From a bacterium (GTDB taxonomy: Bacteria > CLD3 > SB21): DNA of 20,000 nt. Positions 1 through 8,614 of this stretch are shown one piece after another. Every line of letters starts with the position of its first letter. Position 1 is the first letter of the stretch. The stretch covers positions 48,542-68,541 of the forward strand of contig JABWCP010000015.1 in the NCBI GenBank assembly GCA_013360215.1. Direction: 5' to 3'. The notes below the pieces were generated by a model. It saw nothing but the letters and a program-made list of their open reading frames with translations. It ran no database searches and was not told the DNA's origin. The position numbers were made by a program, and so were the translations under genes.

Positions 1-829
1 GATCGGGAATTGCAATGCGATGTACAAACGGTATCGGCATGGACTTTTTCTTTTCACGGCAATCATGCAAAGCTTCGAGTACGGCCGAACCTAAACCGGC
101 ACTACGCTGATGTTCTTCGAGCGTTATGATTCGTTCGTACGAGTGTGCCAACAGCTCAATAGTCGTGTTGTCAATGGGTTTGATATACGGCACACTATAC
201 AAACCCCAAAGCAAATTATTATGACGAATAAAATCCGACGCGTAACGAAGCATGGCACCTGTTGTTAACACGACTGTATTTTTTCCGTGGCAAACAGGAA
301 TCATTTTACCGGCTGCGAATACGATATTTCCGGGATGTACAGCCGGTTCGCCGGCTTTTCCAAGTCGAATATACATCGGTGCATCGGTTTGAACGGCATG
401 GGTCGTGATGAGGCGGGCTTCCTGAGGATCACCCGGCGCCGTAACAATCATGCCCGGAAGCGTACGTAAAATTCCTAAATCTTCCGTTCCATGATGTGAA
501 GCCCCAAGCGCACCGTATGCAAATCCGCCACCGACCGATACGATTTTTACGCCAAGCGCATGGTAACAAATATCGTAGCGTATCTGCTCCAAGCATCGCA
601 ACGTGGGAAAATTACCAATCGAATAAATGAACGGAATATATCCTTCTTTGGCCAAACCTGCGGCAATACCGGCCATATTTTGTTCGGCCACACCGATATT
701 GAGAAACCGATCAGGAAACGACTCGGCAAACGGCTCAACCACCGAATAGCCAAGATCACCTACCAGCAAAAAGACGCGCTCATCACGTTTTGCTTCGCTC
801 ATCAGTTGCTGAATAAAGGCCGTACGCAT
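1..829 (-). CDS. Transketolase-like protein, C-terminal (pyrimidine-binding + C-terminal) subunit; 3' end runs off the window
   Basis: Not in the ORF track; translated by hand. ATG at 829 overlaps the upstream TAA (TAATG) and the frame is open to the edge: MRTAFIQQLMSEAKRDERVFLLVGDLGYSVVEPF...DRFLNIGVAEQNMAGIAAGLA...GASHHGTEDLGILRTLPGM...MYIRLGK...IKPID...ITLEEH...GLGSAV...HRIAIPD. GVAEQ, YIRL, KPID and EEH-x4-GLGS are transketolase/DXS-family motifs. Confidence 0.92.
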   Translation of the reverse strand, partial: MRTAFIQQLMSEAKRDERVFLLVGDLGYSVVEPFAESFPDRFLNIGVAEQNMAGIAAGLAKEGYIPFIYSIGNFPTLRCLEQIRYDICYHALGVKIVSVGGGFAYGALGASHHGTEDLGILRTLPGMIVTAPGDPQEARLITTHAVQTDAPMYIRLGKAGEPAVHPGNIVFAAGKMIPVCHGKNTVVLTTGAMLRYASDFIRHNNLLWGLYSVPYIKPIDNTTIELLAHSYERIITLEEHQRSAGLGSAVLEALHDCREKKKSMPIPFVHRIAIPD

Positions 830-1635
830 TACGAATGCTCCAGTTGTTCCAGCGCATTACGGAATTGTTCAGCGTCAGGTGTACGATAGTGCCAAAGCAA
901 TTTTTCTTCCATAAAATCAACACCCTTGCCTTTGACTGTCTCAGCAATAATGATATGCGGCTTATCATCTGTTTTTTTCGTTATCGCCGCCGATAACGCA
1001 GCATGATCATGACCATCCGTTACGGTCACATACCATCCAAAGGATTTGAACTTTTCCGACAAAGGCCCCAAGTCAAGTACTTCATTCACATGACCAAGGC
1101 TTTGTATTTTATTATGATCTACGATCACCACCATGTTATTCAGATGATGGTGCGGTGCAAACAGCAACGCTTCCCAATTGGATCCTTCATCCAACTCTCC
1201 GTCGCTAAGGAGCGCAAAAATACGCCACGCTTGCCCGCGTCGTTTGGCAGCCAACGCCAGCCCGCAGCCAAACGATAACGCGTGTCCCAAACTCCCCGTG
1301 GACAATTCTACGCCCGGGATGTGGTGATTGGCATGCGAAGTAAAAAAACTTCCATTTTGCGCAAAGGAAGTAAGTTGTGACATGTCAAAAAAACCGCGCA
1401 ACGCAAGCGCTGCATATAAAGCAGAGCACGCGTGCCCTTTACTGAGAAGAAAACGATCCCGGTCAGGCCACCGCGGGTTTTTGGGATTGACATTCATCAC
1501 GCCGCCGTATAAAACAGCTAAAATATCCGCCATAGAAAAAGCGCCGCCAAGGTGCGACGAATTCGAAGCATGAACCATTTTTAACGCTTCAATCCGAATC
1601 GCTTTGCTGAATGCTTTTACTTCATCCGTGGTCAC
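829..1635 (-). CDS. Transketolase-like protein, N-terminal ThDP-binding subunit
   Basis: Motifs SHLGG, DRFLLSKGHA, STGSLGH, ThDP motif SDGELDEGSNWEA...DHNK, DGHD and TVKGKGV. Start placed at GTG 1635 (GTGA overlap with the upstream stop, GGGTGA just upstream). The track's TTG at 1647 is an alternative. Confidence 0.92.
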   Translation of the reverse strand: MTTDEVKAFSKAIRIEALKMVHASNSSHLGGAFSMADILAVLYGGVMNVNPKNPRWPDRDRFLLSKGHACSALYAALALRGFFDMSQLTSFAQNGSFFTSHANHHIPGVELSTGSLGHALSFGCGLALAAKRRGQAWRIFALLSDGELDEGSNWEALLFAPHHHLNNMVVIVDHNKIQSLGHVNEVLDLGPLSEKFKSFGWYVTVTDGHDHAALSAAITKKTDDKPHIIIAETVKGKGVDFMEEKLLWHYRTPDAEQFRNALEQLEHS

Positions 1636-2558
1636 GATTTCACCCAAGTCTTGATTTTATTGGCGTGCCGTTCACGATGCAGAAAAATAAAATTGGTTTC
1701 AACGGTCGTTTCGTCTACGACGGTTACCGGTGCGAGATAATCATTTTGAATTAAAAAACAATAGTATCCCATTTCCTTAAAAAAAGTAATGATGTCATTA
1801 GGATGATAATTGTACTTAGCCGCCCACTTACGCAACATTTCCGTACATACGATCGGCTTATGGGTTTGCAGCGTGTTTTTCCCTCCGCGATAGACCATCA
1901 ATTCCGCGCCTTCCACATCGCATTTGATAAAGTCCGGCTTCGCACCATACTGTTCACAAAAATTATCCATCGTTTCCAGCGCGCATTCCGTTTCGTGCGC
2001 ATTAGCGGCTTCGGTTATATTAACCGCCGATGCACTAGTCGAAAGTTCCGGGTCGACAAAAAACGTAAGTTTTCCTGTGCGATCGGATAAGCCGAGATTA
2101 TGCGGCTTAATACGCATGGCTGCATTTAACTGAATATTATTTTCCAGCTCCCGATACGTTCCGGGTACCGGCTCAAACGCCCAAACATGTAAATCGGAAA
2201 CGACCTTAGAAAAATTTAGTGAATACCAGCCAATATTAGCGCCAATGTCAAAAACCGACATACCCGGTTCCAACAAACGACACATCATTGAAAAATACTC
2301 TGGTTCATACTGCGCAAAATTAAGAATTTCAAACGGCGCACTGCGTTTGTCGGCTTTTGGGGTTAACCAACGAAGTCCGTGCGGACGCGTAGTCCATACT
2401 ATACCATGCGACGTGATCGTGATATTTTCGATATCCGTGTGCCGGAGTAAATCCGTGTATTCGAAAAGCTGATTATGTTTCTCATACATTGCTTGTATGT
2501 ATTCCGATTTTTTAATCGCACCGGAACGGTATTGATTTTGAATGTCTGTAATTTTCAT
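1632..2558 (-). CDS. FkbM-family SAM-dependent methyltransferase
   Basis: VFDIGANIGWYS, AFEP and FIKCDVEGAE motifs typical of FkbM/Methyltransf_21; ATGA overlap with the upstream stop. Confidence 0.9.
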   Translation of the reverse strand: MKITDIQNQYRSGAIKKSEYIQAMYEKHNQLFEYTDLLRHTDIENITITSHGIVWTTRPHGLRWLTPKADKRSAPFEILNFAQYEPEYFSMMCRLLEPGMSVFDIGANIGWYSLNFSKVVSDLHVWAFEPVPGTYRELENNIQLNAAMRIKPHNLGLSDRTGKLTFFVDPELSTSASAVNITEAANAHETECALETMDNFCEQYGAKPDFIKCDVEGAELMVYRGGKNTLQTHKPIVCTEMLRKWAAKYNYHPNDIITFFKEMGYYCFLIQNDYLAPVTVVDETTVETNFIFLHRERHANKIKTWVKS

Positions 2559-3598
2559 GTATAGGACTTAATCGTTCGTGTAAAACCCTCTTCGACAGTT
2601 GTCGTCGGTTGCCAACCTAAGCTCTTTATTTTGGTAATATCCGGAACACTGCGTTGTACGGCGCTGGGAATATAGCCATTTTGCGGCGGGATATCCAAAA
2701 TCACTGATAATTTTTTTTCCGGAAACAGTGTTACTAATTTTTCCGCCAATCCTCGAATACTGATTTCACATTCAGGGTTACCTACATTATAAGCTTCGGT
2801 CGTTTTTCCGTGGAGCATCACCGTAAAAAAACCGATAACCGCATCGCGAAGATAACAAAAGGAGCGCGTTGCAGCACCGCTACTGCGAAGTACAATATTA
2901 TTTCCATTAACAATATCTGCAACCAAATCCGCAAAAATACGCCCGTCATCCAGCGCCATGCCGGGCCCATAGGTGTGAAACGGTCGAACGATCACCGTGG
3001 GAAGACCATACTGGTGAGACCATGCAACGCACATTGTTTCGCCAAGCCTTTTGCTTTCCGCATAACATGAACGCAGGGCCATGCTATCCAAACAACCAAG
3101 CTGCATCTCATTGGTCGGTATTTGGCGCGCTTCCAGTTGACCATATACTTCGCTGCTGCTAAAGTACAAAAATCGTTCGCTTTGGGATTGACGCGCTACC
3201 TCAAGCATGTTTTGCGTGCCGGTCGTATTGGCCGTCAAAGTACCCACCGGATCTATACCATAATATTTTGGCGAGGCTTGGCTTGCGGCATGTACTACAA
3301 AATGAACCGGCGTATCAGAGCGAAATACCAACCGTGTTACATCGGCTACGTGTAACTTAAAATCGTTACGTCCGGCATGATGTGCAAACCTCTGACGTGC
3401 ACGTTCTTCAGACCGTACAATCCCGATCACATGAATGTTCATACCCAAATGATCATTGAGCCCTAATAACGTTTCTACCATGTACGCCGGTAGAAAACCA
3501 TTGGCCCCACTGATAAGAACCGTTTTTCCACGGAGTACATCCCAAGGCAGCGGCGCAGAAATAATATGCGCGATGTCTTCGCGTATTATTGAATGCAT
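2555..3598 (-). CDS. NAD-dependent epimerase/dehydratase (extended SDR), UDP-glucuronate decarboxylase-like
   Basis: SGANGFLP nucleotide-binding loop, HAASQASP, SSSEVYG, catalytic YAESK, RPFHTYGPGM..DDGR and RSFCY. Start set at ATG 3598 (TGATG overlap with the rfbH stop) rather than the track's 3691. Confidence 0.88.
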   Translation of the reverse strand: MHSIIREDIAHIISAPLPWDVLRGKTVLISGANGFLPAYMVETLLGLNDHLGMNIHVIGIVRSEERARQRFAHHAGRNDFKLHVADVTRLVFRSDTPVHFVVHAASQASPKYYGIDPVGTLTANTTGTQNMLEVARQSQSERFLYFSSSEVYGQLEARQIPTNEMQLGCLDSMALRSCYAESKRLGETMCVAWSHQYGLPTVIVRPFHTYGPGMALDDGRIFADLVADIVNGNNIVLRSSGAATRSFCYLRDAVIGFFTVMLHGKTTEAYNVGNPECEISIRGLAEKLVTLFPEKKLSVILDIPPQNGYIPSAVQRSVPDITKIKSLGWQPTTTVEEGFTRTIKSYT

Positions 3599-4953
3599 CA
3601 CGAAGCCGTATCTTGTCGGAGAAATGAACGGATAGCGTCGATCATATAATCTAACATCGGCGTCGTTAAACCAGGATACACCCCCAACCAAAACCCGTTA
3701 TTCATGATATGATCCGTATTGGTCAATTCACCTACAACGCGGTAAGAACCCGGCTGTTCTCGGAAAGCATCAAAAAAAGGTTGGCGTATAAGATTGCCGC
3801 CAAACAACATGCGTGTTTGAATTTTTTTGTTTTCAAGATAGCGGATCAACTCGGGACGAGAAATACCGCTTTCGCTGCGAAGACTGATGAGAAAACCAAA
3901 CCAACTCGGATTGGCATTGGGTGTGGCTTCAGGTAAAATAAAAATATCCGAGAACTCCGCTAAACCGTTTTTCAGATAATTCCAATTTGCACGTCGTCTA
4001 GCGGCAAAATCCTCAAGTCTGTCTAATTGCACGCAACCTATTGCGGCTTGAATATCCGTAGCTTTAAGATTGTAACCTAGATGACGGTACGTGTATTTAT
4101 GATCATAACCACACGGCAACGTTCCGAGTTCCCAATCAAACCGTTTACCACACGTATTATCTTTTCCGGAATCGCACCAGCAGTCACGACCCCAATCACG
4201 AAACGATTCAATACTGCGCTTGAGAATACTTTTATGGGTGTACACGGCACCGCCTTCGCCCATCGTAATATGGTGCGGCGGATAAAAGCTACTTGTCGCG
4301 ACATCACCGAATGTTCCTGTCCACCGGCCCCGATATTCCGAACCCAGCGCATCGCAATTATCTTCTACGAGCCAGAGATTATATTTTTTACAAAACGTCG
4401 TCACGGCATCCAGATCAAAAGGATTGCCGAGCGTATGAGCGATCATGACTGCTTTCGTTTTTGGGCTGTACGCCGCTTCCAATGCCCGCGTATCGATATT
4501 CGCTGTTTCGGTATGCACATCCAGAAAAACAGGTACGGCGCCAAACTGCAACATCGGAGCAACCGTCGTCGGAAAACCGGCCGCTACGGTTATAACTTCG
4601 TCGCCTTTACGAATCCGACGATCTTCCAGTAACGGAGAAGTCAGACTCATAAACGCCAAAAGGTTGGCCGACGAACCGGAGTTACACAACATGGCGTGCT
4701 TCACGCCGAGTTTTTTGGCAAGCTTGCTTTCAAACTCCTTTGAAAAATGTCCGGATGTAAGCCAAAACTCAAGACTTGCATCTACGGCATGTTGCATTTC
4801 TTTTTCATCAAACACACGTCCCGCGTACGATATAGCGGATTGACCGGGCACAAATTCCTTTTTTTGACCGTGCGTCAAACGGTAATACTCGGCCGTCTTT
4901 TCTAAAATTTCGAGCCGAAGCTTTTCCGCCGCGGCTTTTACGTTTTGATCCAT
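3598..4953 (-). CDS. rfbH: CDP-4-keto-6-deoxy-D-glucose 3-dehydrase (E1; RfbH/DdhC/AscC)
   Basis: [23 protein letters not shown] and [14 protein letters not shown] (His in place of the aminotransferase Lys). The [2Fe-2S] ligand spacing C-X57-C-X1-C-X7-C counts exactly (Cys codons from 4354-4356 to 4150-4152). Confidence 0.95.
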   Translation of the reverse strand: MDQNVKAAAEKLRLEILEKTAEYYRLTHGQKKEFVPGQSAISYAGRVFDEKEMQHAVDASLEFWLTSGHFSKEFESKLAKKLGVKHAMLCNSGSSANLLAFMSLTSPLLEDRRIRKGDEVITVAAGFPTTVAPMLQFGAVPVFLDVHTETANIDTRALEAAYSPKTKAVMIAHTLGNPFDLDAVTTFCKKYNLWLVEDNCDALGSEYRGRWTGTFGDVATSSFYPPHHITMGEGGAVYTHKSILKRSIESFRDWGRDCWCDSGKDNTCGKRFDWELGTLPCGYDHKYTYRHLGYNLKATDIQAAIGCVQLDRLEDFAARRRANWNYLKNGLAEFSDIFILPEATPNANPSWFGFLISLRSESGISRPELIRYLENKKIQTRMLFGGNLIRQPFFDAFREQPGSYRVVGELTNTDHIMNNGFWLGVYPGLTTPMLDYMIDAIRSFLRQDTAS

Positions 4954-5009
4954 GTCGTTTATTTTATTCTCGTTTTCGGAGTCGCGCTCAAAGTTAAAAA
5001 ATCAAATCT

Positions 5010-6089
5010 TCAGATCGCGTGGAATGACAAGCTTAGATATTCATCAAGTTGTTTTTTACGTGCATCCCAAAGCGAACCAGTGGATGCATCGTCGTGATAG
5101 CCTTGGGCTGTCAATGCGATAGTTTGTTCCAGTGATAAAGCCGGTTTCCACGACAATTGTGAAACCGCCTTGGAAATATCTAAACGCAACATGTAGGCTT
5201 CGTGTTCATTTTGTTTTACCGCAGCGGTTTCAAATCGTCCGAAACCCGTTTTGGAAATCAGCGCGAGGATAAGTTCCTGTACCGAGCACGCATGATGCAT
5301 TGCCGGTCCAAAATTCCATCCGCCGGAGTATGTTTTACCGTGGAGCAATAATTTCTCCCCCAACGTAAGATAGCCGCGCAACGGCTCAAGAACGAATTGC
5401 CACGGACGAACTGCGTTGGGGTTTCGCAGTATCAGTGTTTGATTTTTTTGCGCCGCCCTGAAAAAATCAGGAACGATGCGATTCTCGGCCCAATCCCCTC
5501 CGCCGATTACGTTGCCGGCACGCGCACTAGCGACGGTGCACGTTCCTTCGTTCGAAAAAAAAGATCGCGTATATGAAGCCGTGATCAGTTCCGATGCACC
5601 TTTGGAAGCGCTATAAGGGTCGACACCTCCCATGGGGTCGTTTTCACGATAACCCCACACCCACTCGTTGTTTTGATAACACTTATCGCTGGTTACATTG
5701 ATTGCTGCACGAACGGATGGTGTTGCGCGCACCGCTTCAAAAAAACGAACCGTGCCCACCACGTTGGTTTCAAATGTCTCTGCAGGATCGCGATAACTGT
5801 CCAGTACCAACGCTTGGGCGGCAAGATGAAATGCGATATCGGGTCGAACTTCTTTAACATAATCCACCAATGCGTGCGGATCGCGAATATCACCATCGCG
5901 GTGATGTATTTTATTTTGTAAATCACATCGTACGAAATTATCGTTATTGGTTTTCGGAGCGAGAGCAAACCCGTAAACCTCGGCGCCAAGGGTATGCAAC
6001 CAAATACTGAGCCAAGATCCTTTGAAACCGGTATCGCCTGTAACCAAAACGCGTTTACCGCGATAGATGTCGGAAAAATTGTTTTTCAC
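5010..6089 (-). CDS. rfbG: CDP-glucose 4,6-dehydratase
   Basis: VLVTGDTGFKGSWL, HLAAQALV, VTSDKCY, DPYSASK, RAGNVIGGGDW and RPWQFVLEPL. Start is GTG 6089 (GTGA overlap, GGTGA upstream) or ATG 6101. Confidence 0.95.
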   Translation of the reverse strand: MKNNFSDIYRGKRVLVTGDTGFKGSWLSIWLHTLGAEVYGFALAPKTNNDNFVRCDLQNKIHHRDGDIRDPHALVDYVKEVRPDIAFHLAAQALVLDSYRDPAETFETNVVGTVRFFEAVRATPSVRAAINVTSDKCYQNNEWVWGYRENDPMGGVDPYSASKGASELITASYTRSFFSNEGTCTVASARAGNVIGGGDWAENRIVPDFFRAAQKNQTLILRNPNAVRPWQFVLEPLRGYLTLGEKLLLHGKTYSGGWNFGPAMHHACSVQELILALISKTGFGRFETAAVKQNEHEAYMLRLDISKAVSQLSWKPALSLEQTIALTAQGYHDDASTGSLWDARKKQLDEYLSLSFHAI

Positions 6090-6859
6090 CAGGTCACCCA
6101 TGGTGCGCGTTTTTCACGTAAAAGTTCGTCGAGCATATTCTTATCACGCAATGTATCCATCGGCTGCCAAAACCTGTCATGTTTGAATGCAACAAGCGAT
6201 TGGGAGCGGGCTAAGGTTTCTAACGGTTCACGTTCCAATACTGTTTGATCGTCTTTGAGTAATTGCAAAACACTGTTTTCAAAAATAAAAAAACCGGCAT
6301 TCACCCAAGCTCCGTCGCCTTTGGGTTTTTCCTGAAAACTCTGCACCATTCCGGATGCATCCATAGCCATGGCGCCAAATCTCCCGCTCGGCTGTATCGC
6401 CGTCACTGTCGCCGGTTTGCCATGCGCCATATGGAATGACAGAAGTTTACGGATATCCACATCGGCCACTCCGTCGCCGTAAGTCAGAAAAAAACGCTCG
6501 CCATCAAGATAGGAAGCAACGCGTCGGATGCGTCCGCCGGTCATGGTATCCAGCCCGGTATCCACCAACGTCACACGCCACGGTTCTGCCGTATGTGTGT
6601 GAATGACAGGCGCATTGTGCGCACGAAAATCAAACGTGACATCCGATTCGTGTAAAAAATAATTGGCAAAATATTCTTTGATCACATAGCCCTTATAGCC
6701 AAGACATATCACAAAATCATTGTACCCGTAACTGGAGTAGATTTTCATGATGTGCCATAAAATCGGTTTACCTCCGATTTCAATCATCGGTTTCGGTTTT
6801 AAGTGCGACTCTTCACTGATGCGCGTACCGTAACCGCCGGCTAAAATGACAACTTTCAT
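6086..6859 (-). CDS. rfbF: Glucose-1-phosphate cytidylyltransferase
   Basis: MKVVILAGGYGTRISEES..KPKPMIEIGGKPILWHIMK, DTGLDTMTGGR, LTYGDGVADVD and FWQPMDTLRDK; adjacent to rfbG. Confidence 0.97.
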   Translation of the reverse strand: MKVVILAGGYGTRISEESHLKPKPMIEIGGKPILWHIMKIYSSYGYNDFVICLGYKGYVIKEYFANYFLHESDVTFDFRAHNAPVIHTHTAEPWRVTLVDTGLDTMTGGRIRRVASYLDGERFFLTYGDGVADVDIRKLLSFHMAHGKPATVTAIQPSGRFGAMAMDASGMVQSFQEKPKGDGAWVNAGFFIFENSVLQLLKDDQTVLEREPLETLARSQSLVAFKHDRFWQPMDTLRDKNMLDELLREKRAPWVTW

Positions 6860-6860
6860 A

Positions 6861-8027
6861 TCAAGCTTTCACGAATTCAGTTATGGCGTTGACTACTTCC
6901 GAAATCTGGTCTTTCGTAAGCTCAGGATAAATCGGCACGGCAAGCGATTGTTCCGCTTGGGCATTGGCATTGGGAAAATCGGTATCTTTTTCACCGAGAT
7001 AACCAAAACATTCCTGACGATGAAACGGCACCGGGTAATACACTTCGTTGCCGATTTGTTTATCGGTTAGATATTTGCGCAATGCATCACGTTTTTCTAC
7101 TCGTATTACATATTGATTATAGATATGGTGGTTTTTCGCTCCGGACGTGCGGTATACGGCTTTGGGAAGCAGTACTTTATTTTTGCTGTCGTAAGTTATC
7201 TTACCTTCTGCTTCAGCCACTCCGGCTGCAATAAAAAGTTGGGTATACAGATCGGCATTTTCACGACGCCGTTGGCTCCAGTTGTCTAGATGCGGAAGTT
7301 TTACGTTAAGCACAGCGGCCTGAATCGCATCAAGGCGAAAATTACCGCCGATCATCTTGTGATAATATTTTGGTTTACCGCCATGCACACGCAGGACGCG
7401 CAGCTTTTCACCGAGGGCATCATCATTGGTCGTCACAAGGCCTCCGTCTCCAAAGCATCCGAGGTTCTTACTAGGGAAAAAAGAAAAGCAACCAATGTCG
7501 CCAAAATTTCCGACTTTTTTTCCATCGCTGTATTGTACGCCGATCGCCTGCGCACCGTCTTCGATGACTTTGAGATTATGTTTTTTTGCAACCGCCATGA
7601 TCGCTCCCATGTCGGAGCTTTGTCCGAAAAGGTGCACCGGCATGATAACGCGTGTTTTGGCAGTGATCTTTTTTTCAATGTCAGATGCACGGATATTAAA
7701 AGTCAGCGGATCCGAATCAACAAAAACCGGTTTTGCATGCAGTCGGGCAACCACGCCGGCAGTGGCAAAAAAAGAATACGTCGGCACGATTACTTCATCG
7801 CCGGGCTGAATATCGAGCGCCATCAGCGCTACCAATAACGCATCCGTCCCGGAAGAAACTGCAATCGCATGTTTGCATTCCAGATAAGTACACAAAGATT
7901 TCTCTAATTTTTCAACTTCCGGGCCCATAATAAAATGCTGCGATTCGGCAACGCGCAACATGGCTTCATCAATCTCCGATTTATGAGCACGATATTGTGC
8001 TTTGAGGTCTAAAAGAGGTACAGCCAT
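6861..8027 (-). CDS. wbpE: DegT/DnrJ/EryC1/StrS PLP aminotransferase, WbpE/WlbC-like (UDP-3-oxo-GlcNAcA aminotransferase)
   Basis: SSGTDAL, PVHLFGQ, EDGAQA, SFFPSKNLGCFGDGG (PLP Lys) and NFRLDAIQAA. The family call is firm; the specific role is inferred from the wbpB/wbpD-like neighbours. Confidence 0.8.
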   Translation of the reverse strand: MAVPLLDLKAQYRAHKSEIDEAMLRVAESQHFIMGPEVEKLEKSLCTYLECKHAIAVSSGTDALLVALMALDIQPGDEVIVPTYSFFATAGVVARLHAKPVFVDSDPLTFNIRASDIEKKITAKTRVIMPVHLFGQSSDMGAIMAVAKKHNLKVIEDGAQAIGVQYSDGKKVGNFGDIGCFSFFPSKNLGCFGDGGLVTTNDDALGEKLRVLRVHGGKPKYYHKMIGGNFRLDAIQAAVLNVKLPHLDNWSQRRRENADLYTQLFIAAGVAEAEGKITYDSKNKVLLPKAVYRTSGAKNHHIYNQYVIRVEKRDALRKYLTDKQIGNEVYYPVPFHRQECFGYLGEKDTDFPNANAQAEQSLAVPIYPELTKDQISEVVNAITEFVKA

Positions 8028-8614
8028 TATTCTAATTCCTTTACCAAACCGTTTTCAAATTTATATTTTTTCTTGGATTTTTCGCAATACGCGAAACTCT
8101 GCGCATCAAAATTTAACTTCTTACCGGCCTCGCTGACCCAACCGACGATACGCGCCGGATTACCGACGACCAGCGCAAAATCGGGAACGTCTTTGGTAAC
8201 CACCGCACCGGCACCGACAAGGGCACTACGTCCGACGGTATGACCGCATACGATGGTTGAGTTTGCGCCTAACGAAGCACCTTCTTTTACTAAGGTTTTG
8301 ATGTAAAACTCTGCACCGACTTGCGGATACTTGCAGCGCGGATCAAGAATATTCGTAAAAACCATCGAAGGTCCGCAGAACACATAATCTTCAAGCTCCA
8401 CCCCTTCGTAGATGGACACATTATTTTGTACTTTGCAAAAATTACCTACTTTTACATGATTGGCTACATTTACGTTTTGACCAAAAACACATTTTTTTCC
8501 GATACGAGCGCCGGTTTGGATATGCGAAAAATGCCAAACTTTAGTACCTTCGCCGATTTCGACGTTGTCATCCACGACGGCCAAGGGATGAACAAAATAA
8601 TTTTTTTCAGACAT
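8027..8614 (-). CDS. wbpD: Hexapeptide-repeat (left-handed beta-helix) N-acetyltransferase, WbpD/WlbB-like
   Basis: HPLAVVD..VEIGEGTKVWHFSHI, KVQNNVSIYEGV.LED.VFCGPSMVFTN, GASLGANSTIVCG and VVGNPAR. Start at ATG 8614 has AAGGA upstream; the track's 8734 start lies inside the upstream gene. Confidence 0.85.
   Translation of the reverse strand: MSEKNYFVHPLAVVDDNVEIGEGTKVWHFSHIQTGARIGKKCVFGQNVNVANHVKVGNFCKVQNNVSIYEGVELEDYVFCGPSMVFTNILDPRCKYPQVGAEFYIKTLVKEGASLGANSTIVCGHTVGRSALVGAGAVVTKDVPDFALVVGNPARIVGWVSEAGKKLNFDAQSFAYCEKSKKKYKFENGLVKELE

Noticed and set aside
287-889. Short track ORFs 287-469 (+), 547-759 (-) and 560-889 (+)
   Set aside because: The region is occupied by the transketolase C-terminal subunit gene (829 to <1, minus strand), which the track omitted.
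2711-2718. Homopolymer runs in glycan genes (T8 here, A8 at 5555-5562) as phase-variation tracts
   Set aside because: They are short A/T runs encoding Lys/Phe in intact frames. There are no long poly-G/C or tandem-repeat tracts.
3599-3691. Extended N-terminus of the SDR in the track (also 11235-11285 for the export protein)
   Set aside because: The extensions overlap upstream genes. Downstream ATGs coupled to the upstream stop codons give more plausible N-termini.
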